Shown: positions 27,076-32,000 of the stretch, piece by piece | Layout of the letters: each line of letters begins with the position of its first letter | How positions within the stretch are numbered: position 1 is the first letter of the stretch | NCBI GenBank assembly: GCA_016868665.1 | Contig: VGGK01000001.1 | Span: 106,762 to 138,761, forward strand | DNA from: Chlorobiota bacterium | GTDB taxonomy: Bacteria > Bacteroidota > Chlorobiia > Chlorobiales > Chlorobiaceae | DNA: 32,000 nucleotides | Reading direction: 5' to 3' | Translations under genes and position numbers: made by a program | Notes under the pieces: model-generated | Database searches by the model: none | Told to the model about the DNA's origin: nothing | The model's input: only the letters and a program-made list of their open reading frames with translations

Positions 27076-27828
27076 GTGCCGTTAAACCCGATATTCAGGA
27101 AAAAGGGAGATACCGGTAATTTTGCAGCCCATGGCACTTTTCACCCAACCCTTTTCACCTTGCATCTTTTGGCATCACCCGAACGATTCCGAAAAATCCG
27201 TCAGATGCTGAGGCATCGCCAGACAAGCCTGACTGTTGTCATGGACAACGTCAGCAAATCCCACAATCTTGCCGCAATCATAAGAACCTGCGATGCTGCC
27301 GGCATCCATGAAATACATGCCATATCATACCGTAAACACATCTTTTCACGACATAATGCGGCAGCGGGATCCAGCAAATGGGTCCATATCAATCTCCACC
27401 ATACCATAGAAGAAGCCTACAGGCAATTACGGAGCGAAGACAAACAGATTCTTGCCGCAGCTTCCGGAGAACAGAGCGTTGATTTCAGGGAGATCGACTA
27501 TACCCGACCAACAGCCCTTGTGCTTGGCGCAGAATGGGACGGCATTTCGCAGGAAGCGGTACTCGGAGCAGATCGATGCATCAGAGTGCCAATGTTCGGC
27601 ATGGTTGAATCGCTGAATGTTTCGGTAGCCGGAGCCGTAATCATCTTCGAAGCTCAGCGGCAACGACTGCTGCAGGGCATGTACGATAAGCCCTCGTTGA
27701 ATGAAAAGGATTTGAACGGCCTGCTCTTCGGGTATACCTACCCTCGACTTGCAGATCAGCTCAGGGAAAAAGGAGCCGCCTATCCGCGTCTTGATGACGA
27801 AGGCTTTATCGTTTCTCCCGATACGTAA
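27076..27828 (+). CDS. trmH: tRNA (guanosine(18)-2'-O)-methyltransferase, SpoU/TrmH family
   Basis: PERFRKIRQMLRHRQTSLTVVMDNVSKSHNLAAIIRTCDAAGI closely parallels the E. coli TrmH N-terminus. The SPOUT C-terminal motifs are LVLGAEWDGIS and IRVPMFGMVESLNVSVAGAVIIFE. The track start is GTG at 27076. By comparison with TrmH, a TTG at 27160 or 27169 is the more likely true start. Confidence 0.85.
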   Translation: MPLNPIFRKKGDTGNFAAHGTFHPTLFTLHLLASPERFRKIRQMLRHRQTSLTVVMDNVSKSHNLAAIIRTCDAAGIHEIHAISYRKHIFSRHNAAAGSSKWVHINLHHTIEEAYRQLRSEDKQILAAASGEQSVDFREIDYTRPTALVLGAEWDGISQEAVLGADRCIRVPMFGMVESLNVSVAGAVIIFEAQRQRLLQGMYDKPSLNEKDLNGLLFGYTYPRLADQLREKGAAYPRLDDEGFIVSPDT

Positions 27829-28145
27829 CAGCTCCAGCATCCCGAGCGCCTCTGGTCGCCAAGATGGCTGTGCAGCGCATGAAGCAACTGATCGATCTCC
27901 GAAAGAAGATGTCTGTGTTCGAATGCAAGGGCTATAAGAAAAAGCGGAAAGGAAATATGGTCCCGACGCAGTTTTCGCAGCACATTGCCCATAGCCCGAA
28001 CCATCACCGGGAAAAAACGATGCTCGACCTCTTCCGGCAGGAGCCGCTCCTCAGGAGACGATATGTTGCGATAGTGGCAGGAGAAAAGAAAATCCTCACT
28101 GTCTGTCCACTCGATTTCGATTCTGAACGGTTTTATCTCATCCAT
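27780..28145 (-). CDS. Hypothetical protein (no family recognised)
   Basis: This is a 121-aa reading from the ATG at 28145 (MDEIKPFRIEIEWTDSEDFLF...). Its codon choice resembles neighbouring genes for about the first 100 codons. Its last 49 nt overlap the convergent trmH 3' end, and a competing 107-aa ORF lies on the opposite strand (27864..28187). Status uncertain. Confidence 0.35.
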   Translation of the reverse strand: MDEIKPFRIEIEWTDSEDFLFSCHYRNISSPEERLLPEEVEHRFFPVMVRAMGNVLRKLRRDHISFPLFLIALAFEHRHLLSEIDQLLHALHSHLGDQRRSGCWSCYVSGETIKPSSSRRG

Positions 28146-28390
28146 AAGTTCTCGCCTGTTTCCGATAGAATAACTGAAGGCCGATAGACTTATGTTAAGC
28201 AACAGAACTGGTGCAACCCGTCAGATTTCTGTTACATTTCGGAAAATCCTTCAACTGCCAGAAACCGGAAACAGGCGGCAAATTCGGCAACCCTTGCTCA
28301 TCGCTTCGTTATTGACGAAGAAAGACTTCGATAGTATCTTTCCTTTGTGTTGACAGTAAAGACATTTCAATAACATAACTCCATATCATC

Positions 28391-28579
28391 ATGTCATTGC
28401 AAATCACAGATGCATGCACCTACTGCGCAGCATGCGAATCCGAATGTCCCGTCAACGCGATCTCGGCCGGGGACGATATCTATGTTATCGATGCGGCAAC
28501 ATGCACCGAGTGTGAAGGATTTGCCGATTCACCCGCATGCGTGGCTGTATGCCCGGCAGAATGCATCGTACAGGCATGA
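28391..28579 (+). CDS. 2[4Fe-4S] bacterial-type ferredoxin (Chlorobium type)
   Basis: 62 aa: MSLQITDACTYCAACESECPVNAISAGDDIYVIDAATCTECEGFADSPACVAVCPAECIVQA. It carries the two cluster motifs CxxCxxCxxxCP and CxxC(8)CxxxCP. Confidence 0.95.
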   Translation: MSLQITDACTYCAACESECPVNAISAGDDIYVIDAATCTECEGFADSPACVAVCPAECIVQA

Positions 28580-28655
28580 ACCACAGCGGCGGGAGAGCCG
28601 AACAGCTTTCCAGCCATCGAGCTCTCTCGCCGTCCAACCTGAAAAAGCTGTGCCG

Positions 28656-29591
28656 TTACCGGATAGACTCCAGAAAACGTTCCGCATCGACTGCTGCCAT
28701 GCATCCTGAACCGACTGCTGTCACAGCCTGGCGGTAGGTGTAATCCTGCACGTCGCCGCAAGCAAAAACGCCAGGAACACTGGTAGCTGTCGAGGATTTT
28801 TTCGTTTCGATATAACCGTAATCGTCAAGAGAGAGCTGGCCTTTGAAAAGACCGGCATTCGGCTCGTGACCGATCGCCATGAATACACCCTCGCAATCGT
28901 GTTCGCTCAGTTCTCCTGTTCGGACATCTTTCAGCCTGATTCCGGTAACCTTGATTCCGTCACCAAGTATCTCATCGACGACGGCATTCAGAACAGTGCT
29001 TATTTTCGGATTCTTGCTCGCCCTGAGGCTCATGATTTTCGATGCGCGGAACTCGTCCCTCCTGTGTACAAGTGTCACCTCGGAAGCGAATCTTGTGAGA
29101 TAGAGGGCTTCTTCCATGGCCGTATCGCCACCACCGATCACAAATACCCGGCTATCCTTGAAAAAAAAGCCGTCGCAGGTAGCGCAGGCAGATACGCCCT
29201 TTCCCCTGTAACGATTTTCAGACTCGATACCGAGCCATTTCGCATTGGCGCCTGTCGCGATAATAAGGGAACGGGCAAAAATCTCCCGACCGTCATCCAG
29301 AACAAGCGAAAACGGGCTTCGTGACAGGTCGGCTTCCATAACACTTCCATAGACAAATTCGGCATTGAACCGCTCTGCCTGCCGACGCATTCTCGACATG
29401 AGCTCAGGACCGTTTATGCCTTCCGGAAAACCAGGAAAGTTCTCGATATCGGTGGTTATCATGAGCTGGCCGCCCGGCTGCATACCCTCGATGACAAGAG
29501 GTCCGAGGTTGGCCCTGCCGGTATAGATAGCCGCAGTATACCCCGCAGGACCGGTTCCGATGATGACCACATCCCGAATTTCCTTTTCCAT
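28656..29591 (-). CDS. trxB: Thioredoxin-disulfide reductase
   Basis: 311-aa ORF with the FAD motif [10 protein letters not shown], the redox-active CATCDG, the NADPH motif [10 protein letters not shown] and the C-terminal GVFACGDV. Confidence 0.95.
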   Translation of the reverse strand: MEKEIRDVVIIGTGPAGYTAAIYTGRANLGPLVIEGMQPGGQLMITTDIENFPGFPEGINGPELMSRMRRQAERFNAEFVYGSVMEADLSRSPFSLVLDDGREIFARSLIIATGANAKWLGIESENRYRGKGVSACATCDGFFFKDSRVFVIGGGDTAMEEALYLTRFASEVTLVHRRDEFRASKIMSLRASKNPKISTVLNAVVDEILGDGIKVTGIRLKDVRTGELSEHDCEGVFMAIGHEPNAGLFKGQLSLDDYGYIETKKSSTATSVPGVFACGDVQDYTYRQAVTAVGSGCMAAVDAERFLESIR

Positions 29592-29617
29592 AATAGGTAT
29601 ATATCAATGGCGTTGAT

Positions 29618-29646
29618 AAAAAAAATCCCGGCAGGAGGCTGCCGGG
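29618..29646 (-). terminator. Rho-independent terminator between trxA and trxB
   Basis: The minus-strand reading is CCCGGCAG-cctc-CTGCCGGG (8-bp stem, 29627..29646) followed by T8 (plus-strand A run 29618..29625). It begins about 23 nt after the trxA stop. Confidence 0.75.
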
Positions 29647-29668
29647 ACGCATTGAAAGCTGTAAAGAA

Positions 29669-29998
29669 TCAACCGATATATTCGTCGATTTTTTTTGCAA
29701 TCATGTTTTTCGGCATCGCGCCGACCATCTGATCGACGACCTGACCGTTCTTGAATACCAGCATGGTAGGAATGCTGCGGATACCGTACTGGGCAGCAGT
29801 ATTGGGATTCTCATCGACATTCAGCTTGGCAACGACAGCCTTGCCTTCGTATTCGCCCGCAAGCTCTTCGATAACCGGACCAAGCATCATGCAGGGCCCA
29901 CACCATGCAGCCCAGAAATCGACAAGCGCGACCTTGTCGGATTCGAGAATCTCGGTCTTGAAATTCTGATCGGTAGCCGCAAGATATTTTCCGCTCAT
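29669..29998 (-). CDS. trxA: Thioredoxin
   Basis: 109-aa ORF with the active site WAAWCGPC and the canonical thioredoxin length and pattern (VDFWA.WCGPC......P..E.......K.N.DENP..A..Y.IRSIPT...F..G). Confidence 0.95.
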   Translation of the reverse strand: MSGKYLAATDQNFKTEILESDKVALVDFWAAWCGPCMMLGPVIEELAGEYEGKAVVAKLNVDENPNTAAQYGIRSIPTMLVFKNGQVVDQMVGAMPKNMIAKKIDEYIG

Positions 29999-30138
29999 TG
30001 TAATGTTCAGTTTTATGTGAAAGTATTATCTAAACTCTATAGCAATACAAGCAACAAGTTATAAAACTAACCAAAAAAAACAAGGCGGGCCGAAAAAACC
30101 TTACTGAAGAGGAGCCTCTGAACGTCGCACAGCATACC

Positions 30139-32000
30139 TCAGCCCGAAATTCTCACATTGTCCGGCCCGAGTATGTCCTCGAGTTTTTCAATCGTCGCTT
30201 CCGCAGCATCCAGGGGGGTCCCGCGCGCAAACAATTTCATCATCTCGATATTTCCGTCGCTCTGCACCATCACCTCGAAATCGACCGGCACCGCTCCCCG
30301 ATGCGCATCGAATACCTTTTTCAGCTCATCAAGCCTTTCCAGCTGCCCCTCCTCATCAGCATCAACCTTCAGAATGATCTTGCGAACCAGACTGCTTCGA
30401 ACCTTTTTGACCGGAATGACCTCCTTGACAAGCAGTTTGAGCATACCGCCGCCAACCTCCGCTTCTGCAACAAGCATAACGACCTCCTCAGGCTTGAGCA
30501 GATACCCGTACTGTTCATAGACGCTTGCAAAAACGGTAAAATCCGCCTTGCCGGTAAAATCCTCCAAAGCCCCGAAGAGCATTGATTTACCCTTCCGATC
30601 CTGGTGAGGCTTGACGGAAACTATGACGCCGATGACCTTGTACTGCCTCGAAGGGGTCACCTCCTTGGCATTGAGATGCAGCGTAGCGAAAGCCTCCCAA
30701 TCTCTCCGATAGGGCGAAAGCGGATGGCGGCTGAGATAAAATCCGACCAGCTTCTTTTCCTGAAGAAGTTTCTCCGATTCCGGCATGGGATCGGCCGGAT
30801 CGAGATCGGGATAGTGCACATCATCGGTTCCCTCGCCGGATTCAGAGGTAAAGAATCCGCACTGACCGAGCGTAACCGACCGGTTCTGCATTTGCCCGAA
30901 CCTGATAGCCTTGTCCACGTTTGCCAGCAGCCTTGCCCGGTTGGAATCAAGTTCATCGAGCGCTCCGGCAAGGATCAGGCATTCGAGTGCCTTGCGGTTC
31001 ATGACACGCAGATCGACAGAGGCCGTAACATCGAACAGATTCAGGTAATCCCGTTTTTTTCGCATCCGTGAAGTGACAATAGCCCGCGCAGCACCGCCAA
31101 CCTGCTTGATCGCGCTCAGTCCGACCCGGATAAAGGGCTTGCCCCGGAGATCCTCGATTGCAAAAAGCGTATCGCTCTTATTGACCGAAGGAGGCAGTGT
31201 CATGATTCCGAAACTCTTTGCCTCGTCAGTCAGATGCTTCATGCGATCGGTATCTCCGATCTCGCTGTTGAGAATCGCGGTCATGAACTCGGCGGTATAG
31301 TGCGCCTTGAGGTACCCCGTCCAGTAAGCCAGCACGCCGTATGCCGCCGAATGGCTTTTATTGAATCCGTAACCGGCAAATTCAGCCATCAGCTCGAACA
31401 CTCTGGTAGCGAGAGTATCGTGAACTCCCTGTGCGACAGCACCGCTGACGAAATCGGCCTTGAACTGCTCCATGATTTCAGGCATCTTCTTGCCCATTGC
31501 CTTGCGGAGGTTATCGGCTTTGGCCATGGAGAATCCCCCCATGACCTGGGAAATCTGCATAACCTGCTCCTGATAGACAATGACGCCATAGGTCTCCTTG
31601 AGAATCCATTCGAGCATTGGATGCATATAGTCTAAAGCCTCCCGCCCATGCTTGCGATCGACGAAAAGGTCAACGGCATTGCGATGCTCGTCAATTCTTG
31701 CATTGAGCGCACCGGGACGATACAGCGCGCTCATAGCGATGATATCTCCAATCTGCGTAGGCTGCAGACGGGTCATGTAGCTCTGCATGCCGGACGATTC
31801 AAACTGGAAAATGCCGGCCATCTTGCCCTCCTGAAAAATGCGGAAGGTCTTCCTGTCGTTCATCGGCACCTTTTCAAGGTCGATATCGACGTTATGCCTT
31901 TTTCTGATAAGATGCAGCGTCTCGTCGATCACGGCAAGCGTCTCAAGACCGAGATAATCGATTTTCAGAAGGCCGGCAGTCTCGATCCAGTTCTTGTCGA
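30139..32000 (-). CDS. dnaE: DNA polymerase III alpha subunit, C-terminal part (5' end outside window)
   Basis: The frame stays open to the window edge. The track M at 31932 is an internal GTG. Upstream my translation reads ...GLLKIDYLGLETLAVIDE. DnaE blocks seen are GIFQFESSGM, YRPG, VYQEQVMQI, ADNLRKAMGKK and GYGFNKSHSAAY, plus the C-terminal OB-fold region. Confidence 0.95.
   Translation of the reverse strand, partial: DKNWIETAGLLKIDYLGLETLAVIDETLHLIRKRHNVDIDLEKVPMNDRKTFRIFQEGKMAGIFQFESSGMQSYMTRLQPTQIGDIIAMSALYRPGALNARIDEHRNAVDLFVDRKHGREALDYMHPMLEWILKETYGVIVYQEQVMQISQVMGGFSMAKADNLRKAMGKKMPEIMEQFKADFVSGAVAQGVHDTLATRVFELMAEFAGYGFNKSHSAAYGVLAYWTGYLKAHYTAEFMTAILNSEIGDTDRMKHLTDEAKSFGIMTLPPSVNKSDTLFAIEDLRGKPFIRVGLSAIKQVGGAARAIVTSRMRKKRDYLNLFDVTASVDLRVMNRKALECLILAGALDELDSNRARLLANVDKAIRFGQMQNRSVTLGQCGFFTSESGEGTDDVHYPDLDPADPMPESEKLLQEKKLVGFYLSRHPLSPYRRDWEAFATLHLNAKEVTPSRQYKVIGVIVSVKPHQDRKGKSMLFGALEDFTGKADFTVFASVYEQYGYLLKPEEVVMLVAEAEVGGGMLKLLVKEVIPVKKVRSSLVRKIILKVDADEEGQLERLDELKKVFDAHRGAVPVDFEVMVQSDGNIEMMKLFARGTPLDAAEATIEKLEDILGPDNVRISG

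Noticed and set aside
28350-28378. Sigma70-like promoter for the ferredoxin gene (TTGACA at 28350..28355 with TAACAT/ACATAA 15-17 nt downstream)
   Set aside because: The -35 is perfect but the -10 is poor at every allowed spacing. The leader would be only ~10 nt, and the promoter consensus for this lineage may differ. It is too weak to report as a feature.
1-32000. CRISPR arrays, IS elements, integrases, prophage or toxin-antitoxin modules
   Set aside because: I found no spaced direct-repeat arrays, terminal inverted repeats or transposase/integrase-like ORFs while reading both strands. The two tRNA genes are not flanked by integrase or att-like duplications.

Overview
This chromosomal window looks like a green sulfur bacterium. 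That call is an inference from a Chlorobiaceae-type 62-aa 2[4Fe-4S] ferredoxin and the overall gene content; nothing was searched. I can support 32 protein-coding genes (two cut by the window edges), two tandem tRNA-Leu genes, three rho-independent terminators and one candidate operator. Most of it is housekeeping: nuoA (partial), a tight 4-gene operon with a ferrochelatase-family gene, HIT hydrolase, methyltransferases, an orphan TolC-family gene, rarA, ribE, an alpha-amylase-family enzyme, tpx, an L,D-transpeptidase, a dCMP-deaminase/ribD/DoxX run, an NFACT (RqcH-like) gene, thioesterase/methyltransferase/HAD genes, trmH, ferredoxin, trxB, trxA and dnaE (partial). I saw no CRISPR array, transposase, integrase or phage genes. 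The part worth a second look is 19.2-26.8 kb. (i) A membrane-anchored class III nucleotide cyclase has non-canonical base-specifying residues. It lies convergent to, and overlaps by 11 nt, a gene encoding an HD phosphohydrolase fused to a C-terminal membrane module. I recognise that module, from memory, as PycTM/DUF5706-like, the Pycsar effector module. The pair could be a non-canonical cyclic-nucleotide effector system, or a conserved housekeeping signalling pair. (ii) A 917-aa secreted protein joins an Omp85/D15-type beta-barrel to a large N-terminal domain carrying a kinase-like GGG...K / DxDRHxxQ / DRD motif set. It sits downstream of a YjiK-like beta-propeller gene and a metallophosphoesterase gene. 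Both ideas rest on motifs read by hand and need HMM, structure and synteny checks.
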